DNA of 64,000 nucleotides from a candidate division WOR-3 bacterium (GTDB taxonomy: Bacteria > Hydrothermota > Tepidihabitantia > Tepidihabitantales > Tepidihabitantaceae). The translations under genes were made by a program, and so were the position numbers. Shown here in pieces: positions 49,189 through 58,041 of this stretch (position 1 is its first letter; the number at the start of each line of letters is the position of its first letter). The DNA is taken from positions 1 to 64,000 of the forward strand of contig CBFGIT010000001.1 of assembly GCA_965648905.1 (NCBI GenBank), read 5' to 3'. Below the pieces are notes generated by a model. It saw only the letters and a list, made by a program, of their open reading frames with translations. It searched no databases and was not told where the DNA came from.

Positions 49189-50568
49189 ATGCGTGTGCTC
49201 GGCTGCCTGGCTCTGGTGGTGTCAGTCGCGTTGAGCGACTTCGAACCCGATTGCCAGATCGATAGCGGCCTGGTCAGTGCCTTCAGTGCCGCGGCTGACC
49301 CAGCCGGCAAGGTCTGGGTCGCGGTTGCCCGTGATAACGGCGAGGTGCGTTTGCTGCGGTCCGCGGACTACTGCCGGACCTGGGATAATGTCTTCCAAGT
49401 TCAGTTCGATTCAGGAGTGGGTCAGCTCCAGGTCCTCCCGGTATTTGGCGAGTCGAGTTTCATCCATGTGTTTGTGCTCAGCCGACAGGGTTCGGGCGAC
49501 CTCTGGCTCTGGCGCGTCCGGCCTGACGATTCGGACTGGGAATTGCTGCCGCTGGCGGTTGGTCCGGACACGGTCGATGACTTCTCGACAACTGCGGACA
49601 AGGACAGCTTCTACTACTTGTACTGTCTCTACGCCAACGAACATCGCACTGGTCAGACCGGCCGATTCGTCCGTTCCACTGATTTCGGCCGGACCTGGGG
49701 CATGGCGACCGACTGGTGGAACTGCTGGGACCCATACATCAGCCATACCCGAGGTTCGACCATCCACTGCGTCTGGCGCTACGCCTTGACCGGAACCGAG
49801 ATTCACTATCAGTCGAACCGGCACTACGGTGCTGCCCGTTACTGGTCGCCCAGGCGCGTGCTGTCGAGCGGTCACGACCGATGCTGGGACCCGGTTGTGG
49901 TTCAGGCCGATACTACCGACGAGTGGGATGCAACCGTCTGGGCGTTCTACACGGTAGGGCGGCGCGACACAAGTCACACCGACATCGGCTACGCAAGAAG
50001 CTGGAACTGCGGCTGGGACTGGACCCCCGGCCGTTCTTTCAGTGACCCCTACCGGGACGAGAGCCCGGCCGATGCAGCGATGGGGCTCGCCGGTGCTCGT
50101 GGTTTCGCGAGCCTGCTCTACGCCTTCGGCGGCGACCGCTACGGTGACACGGTCGTCCTCTGCCGCCGCGTATCCTGCGCTCTCCATCCGACCGTGTGGT
50201 CGGCACCGGTTCAGGTAAGTCAGATACCGGTGGCTCGAGGCCCGGCGTCAGTCAAAGCGCAACTGGTCCACTGCCCAGGAGCACCCGACCCGCTTCCGGT
50301 TGTGTTCTACTGCGGACAGAGTCAGGATGGCCCGCGCGGCGTCTACTGCTCGGCCCCGTGGCTCGAGCGCATGCCGGACCAGTCCGGACGCAGCCCGACT
50401 GCCCTCGGGCGTCGGTCGCCGGTGCTGTCCGGCCGAGTATACGATGTCAACGGCAGACTGGTCGGCCGCGTCCTGCCCGGCGCGCGGCAGTGCGCTCCGG
50501 TGCTGCGGCCGGGTGTCTACATTGTGCAGGACAACACCAGCCGTTCCCGGCTGACAATCGTGCACTGA
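49189..50568 (+). CDS. Secreted Asp-box (BNR) repeat protein with short T9SS-like C-terminus
   Basis: RSADYCRTW, RSTDFGRTW, RSWNCGWDW; YDVNGR...LRPGVYIV. Confidence 0.7.
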   Translation: MRVLGCLALVVSVALSDFEPDCQIDSGLVSAFSAAADPAGKVWVAVARDNGEVRLLRSADYCRTWDNVFQVQFDSGVGQLQVLPVFGESSFIHVFVLSRQGSGDLWLWRVRPDDSDWELLPLAVGPDTVDDFSTTADKDSFYYLYCLYANEHRTGQTGRFVRSTDFGRTWGMATDWWNCWDPYISHTRGSTIHCVWRYALTGTEIHYQSNRHYGAARYWSPRRVLSSGHDRCWDPVVVQADTTDEWDATVWAFYTVGRRDTSHTDIGYARSWNCGWDWTPGRSFSDPYRDESPADAAMGLAGARGFASLLYAFGGDRYGDTVVLCRRVSCALHPTVWSAPVQVSQIPVARGPASVKAQLVHCPGAPDPLPVVFYCGQSQDGPRGVYCSAPWLERMPDQSGRSPTALGRRSPVLSGRVYDVNGRLVGRVLPGARQCAPVLRPGVYIVQDNTSRSRLTIVH

Positions 50569-50576
50569 ACCAGACG

Positions 50577-52388
50577 GTGCGCCCGACCGCGAACCGCCTG
50601 ATTATCCCGCCCATGTCGGCCGAGGAGATGGCGGCGCTCGGCTGGAACCGATGTGATGTAATAATCGTCACCGGTGATGCCTTTGTTGACCACCCGGCAT
50701 TCGGCAGCGCGGTCATTGCCCGTGTGCTTCTCGCCGCCGGATACCGGGTCGGCATCATTGCCCAGCCTGACTGGCGCAAGCCTGATTCGGTCACGCAACT
50801 CGGTCGGCCCCGGCTCTGCTTCGGCGTGACTGCGGGCAACGTCGACTCAATGCTCGCCAATCGCGGCCCATCGTCCGTACCCCGGCGCAAGGACGACTAC
50901 TCGCCTGCTGGCCAGCCTCTCAGACGGCCGGACCGGGCAACCCTGGTCTACTGCAATCTGCTCCGCCAGGCCTACAGAGACGTCCCCCTGGTCATCGGCG
51001 GTATCGAAGCCAGCCTGCGCCGGCTCGCCCATTATGACTACTGGGAAGATGCCGTGCGCCGGTCGATACTGCTCGATGCGCGCGCCGGTATCCTGCTCTA
51101 CGGTATGGCCGAGCGGTCAATGGTCGAGGTCTGCCGGCGCCTGGCCGTTGCCCGGGAAGCCGACCTCACCGGCATCCCTGGTTCGGTCGTTGCTCTGAAG
51201 AACCTGCCGACGAACCTGCGGCACGTGCTGATTCCCTCATATGATGAATGCAGCGCGAACAAGGACCGGTTCAATCAAGCGTTTCAACGCTGGCACCGCG
51301 AGGCCGACAATCCGGCCGGCAGCGCGGTTGTCCAGCCGCACGGTGACCGGCTGGTTGTTCAGCACCCTCCGCCTGCGCCGATGACCGAACGCGAACTGGA
51401 CGCGGTCTACGACCTGCCTTTTACCCGGCAGCCACACCCGAGCTATCATGACCGGATTCCGGCGCTCGAGACGGTCAGGTTCTCAATCACCTCGCACCGG
51501 GGCTGTGTCGGCTCCTGCACATTCTGCTCACTTGCTGCTCATCAGGGCCGCATCATTCAACGCCGCAGTCCTGGCTCGATTGTCCGTGAGGCCGCGGCGA
51601 TTGTGCAGATGCCTGAGTTCAAGGGTCACGTCACCGATGTCGGCGGTCCGACCGCGAACATGTACGCGGCAACCTGCCGACCGATGGCAGCCGGCCGGGT
51701 CTGCCCGGAACGAAGCTGCACCTGGCCCAGACCCTGTCCGAACTTGAGACTCAACCTCAAACAGGAGCTCGCGGTACTTGAGGCGGTGCGGCGCGTGCCC
51801 GGAGTGAAGAAAGTCTCGGTTGGAACTGGTGTCCGTTACGACCTGCTTGCCGACCAGGCCGGAGAAAGCTACCTTGAACAACTGTGCCGCCGGTTCGTGT
51901 CTGGTCAGCTTCGCGTCGCGCCCGAGCACGTCTCGAACCGCGTGCTCGCGGCAATGCGCAAGGCAGACCACGCAAGCTACCAGCGGTTCCGGTCGCAGTT
52001 CAGCCGGCTGAACCAGAAGCTCGGCCAGAAGCAGTACCTGATACCGTACTTCATCTCCGGCCATCCGGGTGCGACCCTCGACGATGCGGTTGAGCTGGCC
52101 GAGTTTCTGGTTCGCATCGAACGGTTCCGTATTCGCCAGGTCCAGCAGTTCACACCCCTGCCGATGACCGCAGCCGCGGCGATGTACCATACCGGCAAAG
52201 ACCCGTTCACTGGTCAGGCGCTGCACGTTGCCGGTGAACGGGAACAACGCCTGCAGCGTCTTCTGCTCCAGTTGCACTCGACCGACGACATCGAACGAGC
52301 AACGCGGGCGCTGCGTGCCTTTGGCCGGCCCGACCTCGCGGCAAGAATCGGTCGGCTGTGGTCAGCCCGCACCCGGCCCCGACATTGA
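50577..52388 (+). CDS. ygiQ: YgiQ family radical SAM protein
   Basis: GDAFVDHPAFG, GNVDSM, RPDRA, GGIEASLRR.AHYDYW, RGCVGSCTFC, DVGGPTANMY, APEH. Confidence 0.93.
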   Translation: MRPTANRLIIPPMSAEEMAALGWNRCDVIIVTGDAFVDHPAFGSAVIARVLLAAGYRVGIIAQPDWRKPDSVTQLGRPRLCFGVTAGNVDSMLANRGPSSVPRRKDDYSPAGQPLRRPDRATLVYCNLLRQAYRDVPLVIGGIEASLRRLAHYDYWEDAVRRSILLDARAGILLYGMAERSMVEVCRRLAVAREADLTGIPGSVVALKNLPTNLRHVLIPSYDECSANKDRFNQAFQRWHREADNPAGSAVVQPHGDRLVVQHPPPAPMTERELDAVYDLPFTRQPHPSYHDRIPALETVRFSITSHRGCVGSCTFCSLAAHQGRIIQRRSPGSIVREAAAIVQMPEFKGHVTDVGGPTANMYAATCRPMAAGRVCPERSCTWPRPCPNLRLNLKQELAVLEAVRRVPGVKKVSVGTGVRYDLLADQAGESYLEQLCRRFVSGQLRVAPEHVSNRVLAAMRKADHASYQRFRSQFSRLNQKLGQKQYLIPYFISGHPGATLDDAVELAEFLVRIERFRIRQVQQFTPLPMTAAAAMYHTGKDPFTGQALHVAGEREQRLQRLLLQLHSTDDIERATRALRAFGRPDLAARIGRLWSARTRPRH

Positions 52389-52420
52389 CAGGCGACCGGT
52401 TTCCAAGGATATTACTGATT

Positions 52421-53050
52421 ATGAAGTCGCGTCAACTCGTATTCCTTGTTCCGGTCCTGTTGGCCTTTGTCGCCTGCGACGAAATGGTGCCGGACGACGG
52501 CCTCACCGACCTGACCGGCGATCCGTTCAACCTGAACAGCAACATCAACGTCGTAGCGATTACCGGCAATGCCGGCTTGAGCCCCAAGGGTCCGTTCACG
52601 CTCGGCATGACCATCTCATCGAAGAGCTCCAATGTCGAGACCGATGTGCTGCCCGCCGGTCTGCTGCTCAAACGGCGCAAGAGAGATACGCAGCACATGC
52701 TGCTCCTCAAGGCACATACCGTGACAACCGGCACCGGCACCAAGACCGAACTGCTCGGAACGTTCTGCTGCAACAAGAACCGGCCCTCGCCCGACGCCGG
52801 CGATACCTTTGACCTCGGGCCGGTCACCAACAACGCCGGACTGAAACAGATCGTCAATCTCGTGCAGGACAAAGACATCTCCGGGGGCACGGCGATGTGG
52901 CTGGTGCAGCGCGCCGTGTACCTGGTGACCGATTCGACCGGCCTGACTCAGGCCTACATCGATTCACTCGAGGCATTACCTGACGAAAACAGGCAGGCGC
53001 GCCGGTACGACGCGGTCGTCAATTCACCCGGGCGTGCATGTTTTCGTTGA
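52421..53050 (+). CDS. Hypothetical lipoprotein
   Basis: ATG at 52421, FVAC lipobox, FCCN..R..P, Q.AV motif. Confidence 0.7.
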   Translation: MKSRQLVFLVPVLLAFVACDEMVPDDGLTDLTGDPFNLNSNINVVAITGNAGLSPKGPFTLGMTISSKSSNVETDVLPAGLLLKRRKRDTQHMLLLKAHTVTTGTGTKTELLGTFCCNKNRPSPDAGDTFDLGPVTNNAGLKQIVNLVQDKDISGGTAMWLVQRAVYLVTDSTGLTQAYIDSLEALPDENRQARRYDAVVNSPGRACFR

Positions 53051-53074
53051 CAAGCGCGCCAGGATTCGTAATCT
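53047..53074 (+). promoter_or_regulatory. sigma70-like promoter
   Basis: TTGACA-N16-TAATCT. Confidence 0.65.
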
Positions 53075-53218
53075 TACCGCGATGGATTCTACGACCCCGA
53101 GCCTGCGGGTCGCATCTGGACCGCTCCTTAGCTCTGACATCACGCACGACAATTGTCCGTTCCGTACGACCGCAGCCGCGAGTGCGGCGCGGTCAAGCTC
53201 TAAACCAAAGGAGGTCTG

Positions 53219-53263
53219 ATGCCTGTAAAGAAGAAGAAGGCCGCGAAGAAAAAGAAGAAGTAG
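53219..53263 (+). CDS. 14-aa lysine-rich micro-ORF MPVKKKKAAKKKKK
   Basis: Perfect SD AAGGAGGT immediately upstream of ATG; own promoter and downstream hairpin. Confidence 0.6.
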   Translation: MPVKKKKAAKKKKK

Positions 53264-53280
53264 GCTGCTCGAAAGCAGAC

Positions 53281-53325
53281 GCCGCTCGCCGGTGTGGCCG
53301 AGGCCACCAAGGCGAGCGGCCGTTT
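53281..53325 (+). terminator. Strong hairpin after the micro-ORF
   Basis: GCCGCTCGCC..GTGGCC-GA-GGCCAC..GGCGAGCGGC then CGTTT. Confidence 0.55.
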
Positions 53326-53369
53326 CTACCATGTCCTGCGCTGCGGGCCTTCTGTCCTGATTCGGTTCC

Positions 53370-53813
53370 GTGAGCCGCATCCTCTGTCTCGACTACGGTG
53401 AACGCCGCACCGGTGTGGCCGTGTCCGACGAAACCGGAACGATTGCCCGGGGTCTGTCGACCATAGCCTGCCGGTCCGATACCGAGCTGCTCAATGCAGT
53501 TCAGCAACTCGTCGCCGACTACGCCATTGCCGAGATTGTCCTCGGACTGCCGCTGAGCCTTTCGGGAAAGCCGAGCGCCCGCTCGGAAAAGGTCAAGGCC
53601 TTTGCCGCACGACTCACTCAGTCAACCGGAATCCGAGTGACGCTGGTCGACGAGCGGCTTACGACCGCGATGGCGAATCGGGCACTTTCAGAAACGCAGC
53701 AGCCGGAGCAGAGTCGCGAGAAGCGTCGTGTACGGTCCAGGCCGCGCGGCGATGCCGACCGGGTCGCTGCCACGATCATTCTCGAAGATTATCTGGCCCG
53801 GATGAGAAGCTAG
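53370..53813 (+). CDS. ruvX: YqgF/RuvX family nuclease
   Basis: LDYG.RR.GVAVSD, VLGLP, DERLTT, D..AA.IILE.YL. Confidence 0.92.
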   Translation: MSRILCLDYGERRTGVAVSDETGTIARGLSTIACRSDTELLNAVQQLVADYAIAEIVLGLPLSLSGKPSARSEKVKAFAARLTQSTGIRVTLVDERLTTAMANRALSETQQPEQSREKRRVRSRPRGDADRVAATIILEDYLARMRS

Positions 53814-54758
53814 ATGAGATTCGTTCGCCTGGTTCAGTTGGCTGCGTTCCTGCTTGCCTGCCGGACAACCAGTCCGCAACCCGGACCCCGGGTCGAAGTT
53901 CGGGTCCGGGCCGGGATGTCCGCAACTGAACTGGCTGACACCCTGCTCGCCCGCGGGGTCATCAGGAACCGGTTTCGGTTCATGACCCTGGCACGCTTCC
54001 ATTCCTATGAATCGCGCATCGTCTCCGGCCGGTACCACCTGCGCCTGGGAACAGATGAAGCGCGGGTCCTGCGACTGTTGAGCCGGGAAGTGCCGGCACT
54101 GGTGATGGTCACTGTTCCTGAGGGACTCACCTGCCGGCAGGTGGCCGAGCTTCTGTCAGAATGCGGCATCTGTCGTGCCGAGCAGTTCCTGGCCGCCTGC
54201 TTCGACACCGTGCTGCTGCGCGAACTCGGCATTCCGGCAACTTCGGCCGAAGGTTTTCTCTTCCCGGAAACCTACCAGTTAAGCACAACTGAGCCGCCGG
54301 CCGACATCATCCGACGGATGGTGCAGCAGTTCTTTGCCGTACTCAAAGACTCATCCGGCCCAGACCTGCTCGCCGCGGTCACGCTCGCCTCGATTGTCGA
54401 GAAGGAAGCGCGGTTGCCCGAAGAGTTCCCGCGGATTGCCGGCGTGTTTGTCAACCGGCTGAGACGCCACCTGCCTCTGCAATCCTGCGCCACGGTTCAG
54501 TATGTGCTGCCTGAGCGCAAGAACGTGCTCGCAGTTGAGGACACCAGGTACCCCTCACCCTACAACACCTATCTCCACGTCGGACTGCCGCCCGGCCCAA
54601 TCTGCAATCCGGGGCGGCGTGCGCTGGCCGCAGCCAAGAATCCCGAGCGTCACGACTACGTCTTCTTTGTTGCCCGCGGAGACGGCAGTCACGTCTTCTC
54701 CCGCACTGCGGCCGAGCACGACGCCGCCTGTGCCCGTGTGCGCCGCGGTCGCTCTTAG
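53814..54758 (+). CDS. mltG: Endolytic transglycosylase MltG
   Basis: T.PEG, EGFLFPETY, ASIVEKE, VFVNRL, SPYNTY...GLPPGPICNPG. Confidence 0.93.
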   Translation: MRFVRLVQLAAFLLACRTTSPQPGPRVEVRVRAGMSATELADTLLARGVIRNRFRFMTLARFHSYESRIVSGRYHLRLGTDEARVLRLLSREVPALVMVTVPEGLTCRQVAELLSECGICRAEQFLAACFDTVLLRELGIPATSAEGFLFPETYQLSTTEPPADIIRRMVQQFFAVLKDSSGPDLLAAVTLASIVEKEARLPEEFPRIAGVFVNRLRRHLPLQSCATVQYVLPERKNVLAVEDTRYPSPYNTYLHVGLPPGPICNPGRRALAAAKNPERHDYVFFVARGDGSHVFSRTAAEHDAACARVRRGRS

Positions 54759-54778
54759 GTCGTTGTCGACTTCTGGGC

Positions 54779-54806
54779 TTGACCAACTGCGAGTTGGGCC
54801 TAATAT
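54779..54806 (+). promoter_or_regulatory. sigma70-like promoter
   Basis: TTGACC-N16-TAATAT, GTG 6 nt downstream. Confidence 0.6.
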
Positions 54807-54812
54807 GGAGCA

Positions 54813-56153
54813 GTGAAGACCATCCGCGACGCGGTCCACGGTGACCTTGATTTCACTGACGACGAGCTTCAGGTCATCAACACCGCCTGCTTCCAGCGCC
54901 TGCGCGGCATCAAACAGCTCGGCGCCGCGTATCTTGTCTACCCGAGCGCAACCCATACCCGGTTCGAGCACAGCCTGGGTACGTGCGGTGTCGCCCGACA
55001 GACAATCGCCCATATCCGGCGCAACTGCGGGGCACGGTCGGTGAGCGCGGACGACGAACGGCTCATCGCCATCTACGCCCTGGTCCACGACCTGACCCAC
55101 ATCCCGTTCGGGCATACCATCGAAGACGAACGTCGGGTGTTTCCCCGTCACGACCAGAACACGGCGCGGATTGACTACTTCCTTACCCGGACCGATACCG
55201 GCCGCGCTCTAGCAAAACTCGGCTTGGCACGACCGGTCGAAGAGCTGATGAAACGCAAGCGGCTGGAGAGGGGTGGGCCGACGTTCCACTACGACATTGT
55301 GTCGGGCACAATCTGTGCAGACCTGCTCGACTACCTCGAGCGCGACTCCTACTTCACCGGGCTCTCTCAGAGGTACGATGAGCGGCTCTACAAGTACTTC
55401 GTCATTGAACAGGGCGGTCTGGCAATCAACCTGATTCGTTCCGGATTGTTTCGCACGGACGGACTTTCCGAGACCCTGAACGTACTCCGCATGCGCTACG
55501 TCCTCTCTGAGCGCTGCTACTACCACCCGGCCAAGAACGCCGCCTCGGCCATGGTCTCAAAGGCGCTCGAGCTGTGCGTTGACTCGGGCAAGATGCGGCT
55601 TTCCGAACGCTCGTTCTACGATGTCGGCGACGAAGGGTTCCTGCGCATCCTCCAGGCCGGGCCTGGCCCGGCAAAGTATCTGGTTGATGCCTTTCTTGCC
55701 CGGCGGCTGTACAAGAAAGTCTATCTTGTGTCGCGCCGGAGCATCCCTTCAACCGAGCGGTTCGCTGCTTATCATCTCGACCCGGGCAAGCGGGCCGAAG
55801 CCGAGGCCTGGCTGGCGCGTAAGCTCAAGGTGCCGTTCCGCTCTGTGGTCGTCTACTGCCCCTCCTCCACGATGCAATTGCGCGAGGCGAATGCGCAATT
55901 CAAGCTCGCTCCGGGCGAACCGCCGCGCCGACTTGAAGGCAATCAGGAAATCGAGAACCTCAAGCGCCAGCAGGAGAATCTCTGGAAGTTCTTTGTTTTC
56001 CTCGACCCGGCGCACGCGGACAGATCCGCAACTGCTGGTCAACTGTGTGAAGAGTATTTCGGGCAGGCCAACGAACTGCCTGAGCTGGGCCTGGCTCAAC
56101 CCTGTGGCCCAACCGATCCGTTACGCAAGAACAGAACCGAAACGGAGGTCTAG
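54813..56153 (+). CDS. HD-domain phosphohydrolase (COG1078/dNTPase-like)
   Basis: D.VHG, FQRLR.IKQLG, HTRFEHSLG, HD..H.PFGH, D.LDYL.RD, Y.H. Confidence 0.88.
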   Translation: MKTIRDAVHGDLDFTDDELQVINTACFQRLRGIKQLGAAYLVYPSATHTRFEHSLGTCGVARQTIAHIRRNCGARSVSADDERLIAIYALVHDLTHIPFGHTIEDERRVFPRHDQNTARIDYFLTRTDTGRALAKLGLARPVEELMKRKRLERGGPTFHYDIVSGTICADLLDYLERDSYFTGLSQRYDERLYKYFVIEQGGLAINLIRSGLFRTDGLSETLNVLRMRYVLSERCYYHPAKNAASAMVSKALELCVDSGKMRLSERSFYDVGDEGFLRILQAGPGPAKYLVDAFLARRLYKKVYLVSRRSIPSTERFAAYHLDPGKRAEAEAWLARKLKVPFRSVVVYCPSSTMQLREANAQFKLAPGEPPRRLEGNQEIENLKRQQENLWKFFVFLDPAHADRSATAGQLCEEYFGQANELPELGLAQPCGPTDPLRKNRTETEV

Positions 56154-56539
56154 TGCACTGTCGAAGTTGTGGTAAAGAGGTCGTTGACACGGCCGAGGTC
56201 TGCGTCGGCTGCGGTAGCAAGCCCAATGCCGGCACCAAGTACTGCCAGAACTGCGGGGTCGAAACCGATCCCAGGGCCGAAGTCTGCGTCAAGTGCGGGG
56301 TCAGACTCGCGACCGCGGCGGCAGTTCAGAAAGAAGGCAAAGACTGGCTCGTGGCCCTGCTGCTTTCCATCTTCCTGGGTAAGCTGGGTGTGGACCGGTT
56401 CTATCTCGGCTACATTGGTCTTGGAATCCTCAAGCTCGTCACCGTGGGCGGCTGCGGCATCTGGTGGCTTGTTGACCTGATTCTCATCGCCTCCCATAAG
56501 CTGAAGGATTCAGACGGGCGAGAACTGGTCAGGAAGTAG
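56153..56539 (+). CDS. Zinc-ribbon plus TM2 domain protein
   Basis: Four CxxCG; LLSIFLG.LG.DRFYLG...GILKL.T.GG.GIW. Confidence 0.88.
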   Translation: MHCRSCGKEVVDTAEVCVGCGSKPNAGTKYCQNCGVETDPRAEVCVKCGVRLATAAAVQKEGKDWLVALLLSIFLGKLGVDRFYLGYIGLGILKLVTVGGCGIWWLVDLILIASHKLKDSDGRELVRK

Positions 56540-56552
56540 CAACCGCCGGAGA

Positions 56553-56885
56553 GTGTCAAGAACGACAAACGGTTCCAGGCCCGGAAGACTTGTTCTCGGC
56601 CTGGTCCTGCTTGCCGTTCTTGCCGCCCTGGCTCTGGTTCCGGTTGAGCTGGTCGAGCGCCTGCCTTCTCTCTGCCTGAACCGCCGCCTGTTCGGATTCT
56701 GCCCAGGCTGCGGTACAGTGCGTGCGCTCTCGCACCTGCTCCACGGCGACGTAGCCGGAGCACTCAGATACAACCTCAACTGCCTGATTGTCGCGCCGCT
56801 CCTGGTCGGACTCGCGGCTTGGCATGTCGTGACTGCCATGAAGCCGCGCGACCCGAGAAGAAAGGCTCAAATACCCGCAGCTTGA
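56553..56885 (+). CDS. DUF2752 family membrane protein
   Basis: C.....G..CPGCG..RA...LLHGD...A..YN. Confidence 0.8.
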   Translation: MSRTTNGSRPGRLVLGLVLLAVLAALALVPVELVERLPSLCLNRRLFGFCPGCGTVRALSHLLHGDVAGALRYNLNCLIVAPLLVGLAAWHVVTAMKPRDPRRKAQIPAA

Positions 56886-56977
56886 GTTCGGCCAGTGCGC
56901 CTTGGTCGCTCGCGCCCGGACATGACCATTGACCGACCGCCATCCGGCTTTGTTTCTGCTCGCGTCATCTGGTCCAA

Positions 56978-57245
56978 GGTGCAGCGATAGCCCGCGTCAG
57001 CACTGAAACCGAAGCCGCGACGCACGCCAAGACAGCGACCGGTCCAAACAGGCAAGAACCGGCACGCACAACTGCCTGAGCAACTGCTTGGGCAGCGGGC
57101 TCGGCGTTTGCTTCTGCCACCGCGCGCGATGCCGCTGGCGACAACGCCCGAAGTAGCTGTCCGACTTGCACTTGCGGCATCACGCCGCGCACGACCCAGA
57201 AGAGCGCCTGCCCAACTTCACTTCTTTTCATGCTAGCAGTCATGG
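56978..57245. repeat. Degenerate 12-bp-periodic tract upstream of the capsid-like gene
   Basis: 12-mers from 57062: gcacgcacaact gcctgagcaact gcttgggcagcg ggctcggcgttt gcttctgccacc ...; consensus about RCNYSNRCNRNY. Confidence 0.55.
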
Positions 57246-57448
57246 CGTGGGGGACGGCCTCCCCCCTGTCCACCTCCACGGTAGTATGAAGAAACAGCGG
57301 CAAATCCGGCCCACAGAACCGTATAACACAGTGAAGACACCGGGACACGACCGGAAATGCGCGGGACTGTGCCTTGGTCTGGTGCGTCCAACGCACTGGC
57401 TGTCCCGCAAGTTCCGCACTGACCTGACCCGACTGGAGAAGTAACATC

Positions 57449-57829
57449 GTGAACAACAAAGACAGGCCGTTTCCCTCACCCGCAGCCGAACGCGCGGTGA
57501 ACCGCTATGCCGCAAAGCTTGAACGCGGACTCGCCGACACACGCAGCGACCGGGACCTGGCCGCTCAGACCGGGCGCTATCGCGCCGCCGCCGAACACGC
57601 CGACCTGCGCACCGTGCAACTGCGCCGGGTCCTGTGGGACATGGGCGTGCATTCCACGCTCTACTGCGTCTACCGTGCCTTCACTCTGCACGTCGACAGA
57701 CAGGTCCGCAACTACGAACACGAGACCCTGCGAATCCTGGTCAACCACGCCATCGAGCGCTGGACCCGCCGCGGCTGCGACCCGGTTGTACTGAAGGCAA
57801 TCTGCGTCCGCGTCTTCGCGTTGGGATGA
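57449..57829 (+). CDS. Alpha-helical protein resembling SIRV2-type (Adnaviria) major capsid protein
   Basis: GGAG at 57435, GTG start; VL...GV......Y..F.L.V.R.......L...VN....W...G.DP.VL.AI pattern; CDS likely, homology judged by eye. Confidence 0.6.
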   Translation: MNNKDRPFPSPAAERAVNRYAAKLERGLADTRSDRDLAAQTGRYRAAAEHADLRTVQLRRVLWDMGVHSTLYCVYRAFTLHVDRQVRNYEHETLRILVNHAIERWTRRGCDPVVLKAICVRVFALG

Positions 57830-57921
57830 GTCGAGGCTTCAGTACCGCCGAGCTCGGGTCTGAGACTTGACTGGCCACTGGCGCTTGTTCCTTGGTCATT
57901 CCCCGCATTCTGCCCGTTGAC

Positions 57922-57998
57922 CTGCCTCCTCGCCTCTCGCTCTCTGCCATCTTGACCTTTGATACTTACCCTTTGCCCTTTGACTTATCTCCTCGCCC
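57922..57998. repeat. Pyrimidine-rich degenerate heptamer array (about 11 units)
   Basis: ctgcctc ctcgcct ctcgctc tctgcca tcttgac ctttgat acttacc ctttgcc ctttgac ttatctc ctcgccc. Confidence 0.65.
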
Positions 57999-58041
57999 TT
58001 CCACGCCGGGTTCTCTGCCCAGAGCGGATTCAGGAGCCCCG

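Noticed and set aside
56965..57459. 164-aa minus-strand ORF
   Set aside because: Implausible low-complexity peptide overlapping the capsid-like gene start; best explained by the 12-bp periodic tract
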